This document shows, piece by piece, positions 20,341-29,560 of a stretch of DNA of 64,000 nt. The notes below the pieces were generated by a model that was given only the letters and a program-made list of their open reading frames with translations, made no database searches and had not been told where the DNA came from. Numbering within the stretch: position 1 is the stretch's first letter; every line of letters starts with the position of its first letter. Made by a program: the position numbers and the translations under genes. The stretch comes from an uncultured Acidobacteriaceae bacterium. Lineage in GTDB: Bacteria > Acidobacteriota > Terriglobia > Terriglobales > Acidobacteriaceae. The stretch covers positions 168,184-232,183 of the forward strand of contig CAVXDA010000015.1 of NCBI GenBank assembly GCA_963760415.1, read 5' to 3'.

Positions 20341-20421
20341 ATGAGCTGTCTCAATTACGAAAACATCGAGATCGAGTACTCCAAAGGTGAAGGGCAAGAC
20401 GATGTCAGGAACCGCTCTTAA
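20341..20421 (+). CDS. Candidate 26-aa small ORF divergent from the LysR gene
   Basis: An AGGAGG sits 5 nt before the ATG (aataggaggatgtcATG). The peptide is MSCLNYENIEIEYSKGEGQDDVRNRS*. It is too short for the ORF track, I recognise no homolog, and it could be the remnant 5' end of a lost gene. Confidence 0.25.
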   Translation: MSCLNYENIEIEYSKGEGQDDVRNRS

Positions 20422-20693
20422 TCGTGAGCGGGGACGTCCAGCCCATCCGCGTGGCTGAAGTTCTGGACTTAGAATTGGCGCAAGGATCAATGCCAGCGTA
20501 ATCCGTGCGGCACGAGGTCCGAGCCGGCGAATTGGCGAGATGTGCGTCCAGTTCGCCAGCCACGAGCTCTTTGAGGTCGGCGACGTCGCAGGCACTTTGG
20601 TGTACCTAGTAAATTCTTCCCGACCCTGGAAAGTTCTACCAGTTGTCGCCGAAGTTAGCACTATTAACTCTATTGTTTTCTACGTGGAAGCTT

Positions 20694-20709
20694 TGGCACG
20701 GCGAGTGCT
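20694..20709 (+). promoter_or_regulatory. Sigma-54 (-24/-12) promoter-like element
   Basis: TGGCACG-gcga-GTGCT compared with the consensus TGGCACG-N4-TTGCW. The GG and GC dinucleotides have the correct spacing and only one core mismatch is present. It lies in a gene-free stretch. Confidence 0.5.
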
Positions 20710-20875
20710 ATATTAGAGAACAGACGAAGTGGCGCAATAGGGGTCACTCGGAAGGGAATTTCGGCCAGAGTTCCTTTTTGGAGTGGCCCTTCAATTTTTA
20801 GTGGCCTCCTCCCAGGCGAACTGCAAGCAGTTTGGTTCGGATTTCCGTACCACCTGACTCAGCCGGAAAAATAGC

Positions 20876-20909
20876 AAAGGCGAAGTACCCGAAAGGGCCT
20901 TCGCCTTTT
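20876..20909. terminator. Bidirectional intrinsic-terminator-like hairpin
   Basis: aaaggcgaag-ta-ccc-gaaa-ggg-c-cttcgccttt. The outer stem is a perfect 10 bp, and an inner ccc/ggg stem carries a GAAA loop. T/A runs flank both sides. It lies 34 nt downstream of the minus-strand gene ending at 20943. Confidence 0.6.
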
Positions 20910-20942
20910 GTGCATGGTCTGTGTAAACGGCGGTCCAGGTTC

Positions 20943-21170
20943 CTACGCCAGCGCCAGCTTTTCCTCGATGTCGAGCCCGGCGCTGCGCAGCAGTTTCTCC
21001 ACCGTTGATTCGTTCAGGCGGGTGGCATCGTACTCCACGCGGACCGTCCTGTCCCGTTCGTTACACTGAAGGCGGCGAATGCCGTAAACGTCGCTCATCT
21101 GTCCCAGAGCGCCCATTTCGTTCTCGCCCGGTGGCATTCCATAGCGAAACAAAACTTCGACTGCGGTCAT
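20943..21170 (-). CDS. Small hypothetical protein (75 aa), divergent from the P1B ATPase
   Basis: MTAVEVLFRYGMPPGENEMGALGQMSDVYGIRRLQCNERDRTVRVEYDATRLNESTVEKLLRSAGLDIEEKLALA, with gaggg 8 nt upstream of the ATG. The 239-aa ORF in the track extends further upstream, but that part looks non-coding. Confidence 0.5.
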   Translation of the reverse strand: MTAVEVLFRYGMPPGENEMGALGQMSDVYGIRRLQCNERDRTVRVEYDATRLNESTVEKLLRSAGLDIEEKLALA

Positions 21171-21347
21171 CGAACCACCCTCTCGCAAACGTGCAATGAT
21201 AAGAATGTGGGGAATCCGCGAACTGGATGCACAGCGCCCTTCCCAGGTGCGAAGATACAGCTTAACGTCGCGTGCAATTCCGCATTCAATATAGAGCATG
21301 GCTGCGCGTATGAACAGCGCCGTGAGGAAAATCAGGACAGGCAGGGA

Positions 21348-24077
21348 ATGAGCGAAGTCCAGGGAAGCCAGGAAAACCGGATCGTGGATGTTTCTGCAAC
21401 GGATCCGGTCTGCGGCATGGCGGTCGATCCGGCGCAGCCGCGTGGCAAAGCTGAGCATGAAGGTCAAAGCTACTACTTCTGCTCGCCCGGATGCATGCAC
21501 AAGTTCGTATCGTCTCCGGAAAAATATTTGTCGGCGAGCCAGAAGCAGCAGGCGACGGTTCCAGCTGCAGGCCGGGACGACTCCAAAGCTCGACAAAGAC
21601 CCAGTGTGTGGGATGAACGTTGATCCTTCGAAGGCCGCCGCTTCGGTTGAGTATGAAAGCAAGCTCTATCACTTCTGCTCGCGCGGCTGTGCGGAGAAGT
21701 TCAAAGCCGATTCGGAGAAGTACCTGTCGCCGAACTACAAGCCCGGGGGAATGGGCGCGATGGTGCAACTGGGCGCGAAGCCTGGCAGGATTGCGCCTGC
21801 CTCGAGCACCTGCGGAGAAGAGTGCGGCAATAACTTTCGCCCCTGAGGTGCAGCCACCGGCGACAGCGTACGTCTGCCCGATGGATCCAGAGGTGCGGCA
21901 GGAGCAACCCGGCGCCTGTCCCAAGTGCGGCATGGCGCTGGAGCCCGAACTTCCCTCAGCCGCGACCAAAACGCAGTGGACTTGCCCGATGCATCCGGAG
22001 ATTGTGCGCGACGGACCGGGTGCGTGTCCGATTTGCGGCATGGCGCTGGAACCGAAGACGGTGACGGCGGCGACAAGAGGAAAATCCCGAATTGCGCGAC
22101 ATGACGCGCCGCTTCTGGACCAGCGTGCTGCTCGGCGTTCCCTTGGTCGCCTACGCCATGCTGCGCATGGGGCCACTGGCACATGTGCTCACGCCGCGCG
22201 CAGGCACCTGGTTGGAGTTGGCTCTGGCGACGCCCATCGTGTTGTGGTGTGGCTGGCCGTTCTTCCAGCGGGGTTGGGCGTCGGTCAAGTTCCGCAGCCC
22301 GAATATGTTCACGCTGATCGCGATGGGCGTGGGCGTGGCTTATGTGTACAGCGCCATCGCCACCGTCGCGCCGGGAATTTTCCCGGAGACCATGCGCGGC
22401 ATGCACGGCCAGCCCGAAGTGTATTTCGAGGCTGCGGCGGCGATTGTTGCGCTGGTGCTGCTCGGGCAAGTCCTGGAGCTGCGAGCGCGCAGCCGGACCT
22501 CGAGCGCCATCCGCGCTCTGCTTGACCTTTCGCCAAAACTGGCTCGCATCATGCGTGACGACGGCAGCGAGTATGACGTCCCGCTCGACCAGGTGAAGGT
22601 CGGCGACAAGCTGCGGGTGCGTCCAGGCGAAAAGATCCCGACCGACGGTGTTGTGCTCAACGGACTTAGCTCGGTGGATGAGTCGATGGTGACTGGCGAG
22701 TCCATCCCCGTCGAAAAGGGAGCGGGCGACAAGGTCATCGGAGCGACCGTCAACGGCACCGGCTGGCTGTTGATGCGCGCCGAACGCGTGGGCAGCGAAA
22801 CCATGCTGGCGCAGATCGTGCGCATGGTGAGCCAGGCACAGCGCAGCCGCGCACCCATTCAGAAGCTCGCCGACAGGGTCGCCGCGTGGTTCGTGCCGAC
22901 GGTACTGGCGGTTGCGGTGATCACGTTCATCGCGTGGTTCACGATGGGTCCGGAGCCGCGGCTGGCGCATGCCATCATCAATGCCGTCGCGGTGCTGATC
23001 ATCGCGTGTCCTTGCGCGCTCGGGCTGGCGACGCCGATGGCGATCATGGTTGGCACCGGCCGCGGCGCGCACGCCGGCATCCTGATCAAGAACGCCGAGG
23101 CGCTGGAAACCCTGCAAAAGACGGACACCCTGGTCCTCGACAAAACGGGCACGCTTACCCAAGGCAAACCTGAACTGATGGCCGTGGTTGCGGTTGGCGG
23201 CGAGACCGAAGAGAGCGTAGTGCGGCTGGTGGCCAGCCTGGAGCGTGGCAGCGAGCATCCGCTGGCTGCGGCAATTGTTGAGGCCGCTGAGTCGAACGGA
23301 ATTCATCTGATACCGCAGGATGGGTTTCGTTCGCTCACCGGACGCGGCGTGGTAGGCACGGTCGGTGGACACGAGGTTGCAGCCGGCAACGAGTCGCTGT
23401 TGCAGGAATTGGGAATCGACATCGCGGAGCTGAACGCGCATGCCGAACGGATGCGTGCTGACGGCCAGACCGTGGTGTTTGCTGCGGTCGATGGACGTGC
23501 TATGGGGCTTCTGGGCATCGCCGATCCGGTGAAGCCCGAGGCGGCGGAGGCAGTGCGCGATTTGCGCCGCGAAGGACTGCGCGTGGTGATGCTCACCGGA
23601 GACAACGAGACCACCGCGTCAGCCGTGGCGCGTCAGGTCGGCATCAGCGACTTCGAAGGCGGAGTGTTGCCCGATCACAAAGCCGATGCAGTGAAGAAGC
23701 TTCAGCAGCAGGGAAGAGTGGTCGCCATGGCGGGCGATGGCATCAACGACGCGCCAGCCCTGGCGCAAGCGCAGGTCGGCATTGCGATGGGCACCGGCAC
23801 CGACGTCGCCATGGAGAGCGCCGGCATCACGTTGCTGAAGGGCGATCTTGCGGCGCTGGTGCGCGCGCGCCGCCTGAGCCGCGCCGTCATGCGCAACATC
23901 AAGCAGAACCTGTTTCTCGCGTTTATCTACAACGCGCTGGGCGTGCCGGTTGCGGCGGGCATTCTGTATCCCAGGTTCGGCCTCCTGCTGAGCCCGATCA
24001 TCGCCGCCGCGGCCATGAGCTTCAGCTCGGTGTCGGTGATCAGCAACGCGCTGCGGCTGAGAAGGGTGAAGTTGTGA
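21348..24077 (+). pseudogene. copA: Heavy-metal (Cu+-type) P1B ATPase with TRASH/YHS-type and CPxH...CPxCGM-type N-terminal metal-binding domains; at least 3 frameshifts in the N-terminal region
   Basis: The core is the 22092-24077 ORF, with the TM CPC motif ([13 protein letters not shown]), DKTGTLT, MLTGD and GDGINDAP. The N-terminus is spread over three frames: DPVCGMAVDP...[22 protein letters not shown]...[21 protein letters not shown]...CPKCGMAL and WTCPMHPEI...CPICGMAL. Confidence 0.85.
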
Positions 24078-24139
24078 GCGGGGTCCACTTAAGTTCTGGG
24101 CGGCGATGGTGACGCTCTTCCCGCTGCTGGCTTCCAGGC

Positions 24140-24628
24140 TTACGACAGCTTCTTCAAATACTCCACAATCTCCGGGCTGGTCCACTCCTGGGCGCCGATG
24201 AACTTGCGCAGGATCTTGCCGTTGCCATCGATCACGAAGGTCTCGGGAAACTTGAAGGTGCCGTAGAGTTCGTTGCTGCGCTTGGTGTCGCGGACGGTCA
24301 GCAGGTCGACGTTGTGGTCTTTCACGAACTGCTTGTAGGCGTTGTCGTCGTCGTCCTCGCTGACGGCGAGGATGGTCACCTTGTCGCCAAGCTGCTTCTG
24401 CAACTGCACCAGCGAGGGCATCTCCTGGATGCACGGCGGGCACCACGTCGCCCAGAAGTTGAGCACCACGGGCTTGCCGCGAAACTGGCTCAGTGAGACA
24501 GAGTGCTGCCCGTCAGGTATGGTGAAATCGGGTGCGGCGCTGCCGATGCGCGGGGGATGCGAGCCGCTGTTGCAGCCGGCCAGCAGAATCAGGAAAACCA
24601 GGACAGTGGCAGAGAAGAGACGCTTCAC
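24140..24628 (-). CDS. TlpA/redoxin-family thiol:disulfide oxidoreductase lipoprotein
   Basis: Lipobox LLAGCNS, thioredoxin motif FWATWCPPC, and a thioredoxin fold of 162 aa. Confidence 0.85.
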   Translation of the reverse strand: MKRLFSATVLVFLILLAGCNSGSHPPRIGSAAPDFTIPDGQHSVSLSQFRGKPVVLNFWATWCPPCIQEMPSLVQLQKQLGDKVTILAVSEDDDDNAYKQFVKDHNVDLLTVRDTKRSNELYGTFKFPETFVIDGNGKILRKFIGAQEWTSPEIVEYLKKLS

Positions 24629-24658
24629 ACCTCTATAATAATTGAAGGCCTATTTTCG

Positions 24659-25764
24659 TGACTCCTGAACCAACTCCCGAAGTCTCAGTCATCGTTCCTG
24701 CGCGCAACGAAGAGGCATGTCTCGGCGATTGCCTGCGCACGCTCATCGGCTCAGTCCGGTTCGAACTACGAAATCATCGTCGTGGATGACCACTCGACCG
24801 ACGGCACTCGCGCCATCGCGGAGAGCTTTCCGGTGCGCGTGATCACGGCCGACCCCCTGCCCGAAGGCTGGAGCGGCAAGTGCAATGCGGCGTGGAGCGG
24901 CGCCAAGGTCGCCCAGGGCCAATGGCTGCTGTTCACTGACGCCGACACGAAGCACACCCCAAACTCTATTGCGACCGGATTGCAGGAAGCAAAAGAATCT
25001 TCCGCCGACCTGCTTTCCTATTCGCCCGAAGCAGGAGGTTGGCAGCCTGGCTGAGCGCGCGCTCATGCCGCTGATCTTTGCCGAGTTGGCGACGAAGTAT
25101 CCGCCGAAAGAGGTGTGCGATCCGAATTCTCCGGTGGCGGCGGCCAACGGCCAATATCTACTTATCCGGCGCGAAGCCTACGACGCGATCGGCGGACACG
25201 CCGCGGTTGCGACCGCCATTCTCGAAGATGTAGAGCTGGCGAAGCGTGCCAAGCAAGCCGGACGTAAGTTGTACTTCCACTTCTCCGACGTGGTGAGTGC
25301 CCGCATGTACCGCAGCTTCGGCGAGATGTGGGAGGGCTGGACCAAGAACCTTGCGCTGCTGTTTCCCAATGCACGCCGCCTGGCCTGGCGGTGCGTGATC
25401 GAGTTTGCTGTGATCGTGGGGGCCGCAATATTCGCGATCATCGCTGGGCTGCAGGGTGAGACGGTCGCATGTGTGATCGGCGCAGCAGTGTCGGCGCTAT
25501 GGTTTTACCTTTTCTGGAAGCGGGTTCAGACTGCGCATTTTGATTCTGCTGTCAAGTGTACTGTCGTTATTTGGACTGCCGCTTTTCGCGGTACTTTTGT
25601 GGAATTCCGACATCTCTCATAAGCGAGGATCGGTGCGCTGGAAAGGGCGCGAATATTCGGTGACCGCCGACAGTCGAGTCCCCCAAAGCCGCCGACTCGG
25701 CGACGCATTCAAAGAACGAGGCATAAACGCAGGAGAACATGGTCTATCTAACCCGCAAGTGTGA
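24659..25764 (+). pseudogene. Family-2 glycosyltransferase with C-terminal TM helices (HpnB/CrtQ-like architecture), about 3 frameshifts
   Basis: VSVIVPARNEE, then a frameshift, then VDDHSTDGT...EGWSGK...LLFTDADT, then a frameshift, then LAERALMPL...NGQYLLIRREAYDAIGG...ILEDVELA. C-terminal TM helices follow. After another frameshift the gene ends ...LWNSDISHKRGSVRWKGREY. Confidence 0.7.
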
Positions 25765-26149
25765 ATTTTCTGCGTCGCACTACTATCACAATCCCGAATT
25801 TACGCCCGAAGAAAACCAGCGCATGTTCGGCAAGTGTGCCAACCTCAACGGGCACGGCCACAATTACACGCTGGAGGTTACGGTGAAGGGCGACGTCGAT
25901 CCCAGGACCGGTTTTGTCGTGGACCTGAAGGAGTTGAAGGAAATTCTGAACCGCGAAGTGCTCGACGCGCTCGATCACCGGCATCTAAATAAAGAGGTGG
26001 CAGAGTTCGCCAAAGAAATTCCGACCACTGAGAACCTGGCCATCGCCATCTGGAAGCGGTTGCAAGACAAGTTGCACGTGGCCAAGTTGCATCGCGTGCG
26101 AGTGTACGAACTGCCCGACCTGTTTGTCGATTTCTACGGTGAGCCATGA
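25739..26149 (+). CDS. 6-pyruvoyl-tetrahydropterin synthase family protein (PTPS-II-type Cx5HGH motif)
   Basis: MVYLTRKCEFSASHYYHN...FGKCANLNGHGHNYTLEVTVKGDVDPRTGFVVDLKELK...LDHRHLN...PTTENLA. 136 aa and very similar in pattern to animal PTPS. Confidence 0.85.
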   Translation: MVYLTRKCEFSASHYYHNPEFTPEENQRMFGKCANLNGHGHNYTLEVTVKGDVDPRTGFVVDLKELKEILNREVLDALDHRHLNKEVAEFAKEIPTTENLAIAIWKRLQDKLHVAKLHRVRVYELPDLFVDFYGEP

Positions 26150-26569
26150 AGGCGCATCTGACCCGGCGCTACATGTTTTCGGCATCGCACCGGCTGCACA
26201 GCGATGAGCTGTCGGAGTCGGAGAACCGTCGCGACGTACGGCAAGTGCAACAACCCATACGGGCACGGGCATAATTATGCGCTTGAGGTCACGGTGAGCG
26301 GCCAGGTGAATCCGCAAACCGGGATGGTTTGCGACCTGGTTGATCTGGATGATGCGGTGCGGCGGGACGTGCTCGACCGCTTCGATCACGAGAATTTGAA
26401 TGTTCGTCAAGAATTCGCGAACATTGTGCCAACTACGGAAAACTTGAGCGAGGTCATCTTCAACATTTTGAAACAAAGCTTTACGGCGGCTCATCTTGAC
26501 AAAGTGCGGCTGGAAGAAACGATGATGAACAGCTTCGAGTACGCCGGCGGAGCGGAATTGCGGCCGTAG
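26146..26569 (+). pseudogene. Second PTPS-family paralog (Cx5HGH), with one frameshift
   Basis: MKAHLTRRYMFSASHRLHSDELSESENRR, then a 1-bp insertion near 26233, then TYGKCNNPYGHGHNYALEVTVSGQVNPQTGMVCDLVDLD...FDHENLN...PTTENLS. The ATG overlaps the stop of the upstream paralog. Confidence 0.8.
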
Positions 26570-26585
26570 GTATCCAAAGGGACCC

Positions 26586-27185
26586 ATGAAGGACTTGATC
26601 GAAACCCCGACCCTGACCAGCGCCAGCTTTGAAGAACTGGCGCGCGAGATGCTGGTCCGGCTGGGCGAGCAGCCTGACCGTGAAGGCCTGGCCAAGACCC
26701 CGGAGCGCTATGCGCAGGCGTTGCAGTACCTCACCAAGGGCTACAGCGAGGACCCCGAGCAGATCCTGAGGGGCGCGCTGTTCAGCGTGGATTACGACGA
26801 GATGGTGATCGTCAAGGACATCGAGATGTTCAGCCTTTGCGAGCACCATGTGCTGCCGTTCTTCGGCAAGGTGCACGTCGCCTACATCCCGAAGGGCAAG
26901 GTCATCGGATTGAGCAAGGTGCCGCGACTGGTGGAAGTGTTTGCGCGCCGGCTTCAGGTCCAGGAGCGGCTGACGGTGCAGATCGCCGAGACCATTCAGA
27001 AGACGATCCAGCCGCTGGGCGTGGGCGTCGTGATCGAAGCGCGCCACCTGTGCATGATGATGCGCGGCGTCGAGAAGCAACACTCGGCCACGGTGACGTC
27101 GTCGATGCTGGGCGCATTTCGCGCGCAACAGACGCGGCAGGAGTTCCTCTCCCTCATCCGCGAAAAGAACGGCAACGGAATCTAG
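26586..27185 (+). CDS. folE: GTP cyclohydrolase I
   Basis: [19 protein letters not shown]...[55 protein letters not shown]. 199 aa. Confidence 0.93.
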   Translation: MKDLIETPTLTSASFEELAREMLVRLGEQPDREGLAKTPERYAQALQYLTKGYSEDPEQILRGALFSVDYDEMVIVKDIEMFSLCEHHVLPFFGKVHVAYIPKGKVIGLSKVPRLVEVFARRLQVQERLTVQIAETIQKTIQPLGVGVVIEARHLCMMMRGVEKQHSATVTSSMLGAFRAQQTRQEFLSLIREKNGNGI

Positions 27186-27188
27186 CCG

Positions 27189-28002
27189 ATGGCTGCGAAG
27201 AAGACGCAGTCCAACCGCAAGCCAAACTCGAGAACCGCGAAGCCCGCGACCGGTGCGCTGCGGTTACTCGGAAAAGTTGCTGTCGTGACCGGTGGCAGCC
27301 GCGGGATTGGCTACGCCATCGCGCGTGCTCTTGCAGCCGAAGGGTGCAGCGTCGTCATCACCGGACGCGATCCATCGACGCTCGCCCAGAGCGCCGCTCC
27401 GCATTACCAATTCACTTCCGAAGACTACCAGCTTCAACGAAGAGACCGCAGATCGTTGCCGAGGTCTGCGATGTTCGCGATCCGGAATCCGTTGCCTCGT
27501 TATTTGCGACGGTGAAGCGGCGCTTCGGGAAGCTCGATGTGCTGGTGAACAATGCCGGCATCACGCAGCCGACGGTGACCGTCGAGAACACAACGCTGGA
27601 GATGTGGCGCGACGTCATCGACACGAACCTCACCGGCATGTTTTTGTGCACGCGCGCCGCACTGCCGATGATGCGAGCGGGCGCAACCATCGTCAACAAT
27701 CTGTCGGCGGCGGCCAAGCGAGTGTTTCCCGAACTACGCGACCTACAGCGCGGCCAAGCGAGGCGCATTGGGATTCACCCTGTCGCTGCGCGAGGAGCTG
27801 ATTCCGCGCGGCATTCGCGTGGTGGCGCTCATGCCCGGGGCAACCGCACACCGACATGTGGGAGCAGATCATGCCCAACGCTCCCCGCGAGCGCATGGTC
27901 GACGTTGACAGCGTGGCCCAGGCGGTGCTCTACGCCGTCCTGCTCCCGCCCAGCGCAAATCTTTCCGAGTTGCTGTTGGAGCCCGCGAGCGGCGCTCTGT
28001 GA
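27189..28002 (+). pseudogene. Short-chain dehydrogenase/reductase (SDR), at least 3 frameshifts
   Basis: [32 protein letters not shown], then a shift, then [30 protein letters not shown]...IVNNLS, then a shift, then NYATYSAAKRGALGFTLSLREEL...GIRVVALMPG, then a shift, then ...LLEPASGAL*. The TGxxxGxG, NNAG and YxxxK motifs are all present. Confidence 0.75.
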
Positions 28003-28012
28003 GGGTTTCGCT

Positions 28013-29506
28013 CTACACGGGCAAGGTGAAGTGAAACACCGAGCCGCTGCCGAGCTGCGATGTGACTCCGATGCTCCCGCCGTGCGCCTCGACAATCGCT
28101 TTCGCGATGGCCAACCCCATGCCAGTGCCCTGAACGCGGTAGCGCTGATCGCGCCCGCGGTAGAACTTTTCGAAGATGAGCGACTGCTCCAGGTCGTCAA
28201 TTCCTGGCCCGCGATCGGCGACGCTGAGGCAAACCCCTTTCCCCGCCGGCTCTGCAGCTGATTGTGATCGGCGTATCGGGCGGCGAATACTTCGCAGCGT
28301 TCTCCAGCAACTGCACCAGCACCTCGGCGATCCGGTCCAGGTCAACCCGGACCGGCGGCAAGCTCTCGGGAATTTGCACTTTGACCTCGCGGCCCGCAAG
28401 CACCTGCTTCGACTTTTCCAGCGCGGCTTGCAACCACCTCGCGGACGGGATGCATCTCGCGGCGTAACTCCACTTGCTGCGCATCGAGCTGCGCCATCTC
28501 CGCCGCCTCGCCCACCAGACGATTGAGCCTGTCGGTCTCTTCGTTGATCACGGTGAGCAAGTCTTTTCTCTCATCAGTCCCGATTTCCGGCGTTGACAGC
28601 AGCGTCGTGACCGAGAGCTTGATGGCAGTGAGCGGCGTGCGAAACTCGTGGGTGACGCTATCCAGCAGCGCGGAGCGCAGCTTCTCGCTCTCTCTCGTCG
28701 CTTCGGCGCGGGTGAGGGTCTCGACCGCGCCCGCACGCTCAATGGAGATTGCGATCAGGCTGCCGACCGCTTCCAGGGTCTCGCGCGAGAGGACCGCGCC
28801 TTCCAGTCCCAGGCTGCCCACCGGCCGGACGCCGATGCGCAGAGGAACGAAGCACAACTGGTTCGCTTCATCCACCACCAGCTCGCCCCGCCCGCTGACC
28901 GACTCCAGTTGCTCTTCGCTGAGTTCAGGATGGTCAGCCCCGGTGCGGTACACCTCCTTGCGTTTGGGTAAATACATCGCCGCCGCTTTCAGTCCGAAGG
29001 CATCGCGCACATAGTGGGGAATGGAGTTCAGCAACTCCATCACGTTTTCCGTGGCCAGCAACTGCTGACTCAGGGCATAGAGGCGCTCCACTTCTTTGCG
29101 GCGGCGGGTGGCATTCAGCGCTTCACGGCGCGCGCGTTCGGAGAGCCGGCTGGCCAGAATCGCGCTGATCAGGAAAGCCAGCAGCGCAATCCAGTTCTGC
29201 GGGTCGGCCACGGTGAAGGTGTGGACCGGCGGGAGAAAGAAATAGTTGAACGCCAGCGTCGCTACCACCGCGGTCGTGGTGGCTACCGTCAGTCCCCACC
29301 GGCTGGCTACGCCCAGCACCACCAGCAAGAAACGTAAGCGCGACCGTGGTGGGATTCACATTCGGCAGACGACGGTAGACAATCACCACGACGGCAATCG
29401 TTCCCAATGCGACGGCGTAGTGGTACAGCGCGGCTTTCAAGCGCTGCGGAGAGACGGCAAAGGAACGCCGCGCCGTCTGCCCGGCCTCAGGAGGTTGTGA
29501 ATTCAC
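28013..29506 (-). pseudogene. kdpD: KdpD C-terminal half as a separate gene (DUF4118-type 4-TM block, GAF-like region, HisKA, HATPase); about 3 frameshifts
   Basis: GTG start at 29506. TM helices read LYHYAVALGTIAVVVIVY, LVVLGVASRWG, AVVATLAFNYFFLPP and NWIALLAFLISAILASRL. The H-box is LLDSVTHEFRTPLTAI and the G-box is GTGMGLAIAKAIVEAHGGSIGV. The fragments are 28013-28399, 28197-28484, 28342-29328 and 29329-29506. Confidence 0.8.
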
Positions 29507-29560
29507 GCGATGATTGTATCGAATCGACTTTTCAACGCCGCTGCCGCAGAATAGGGGCGC

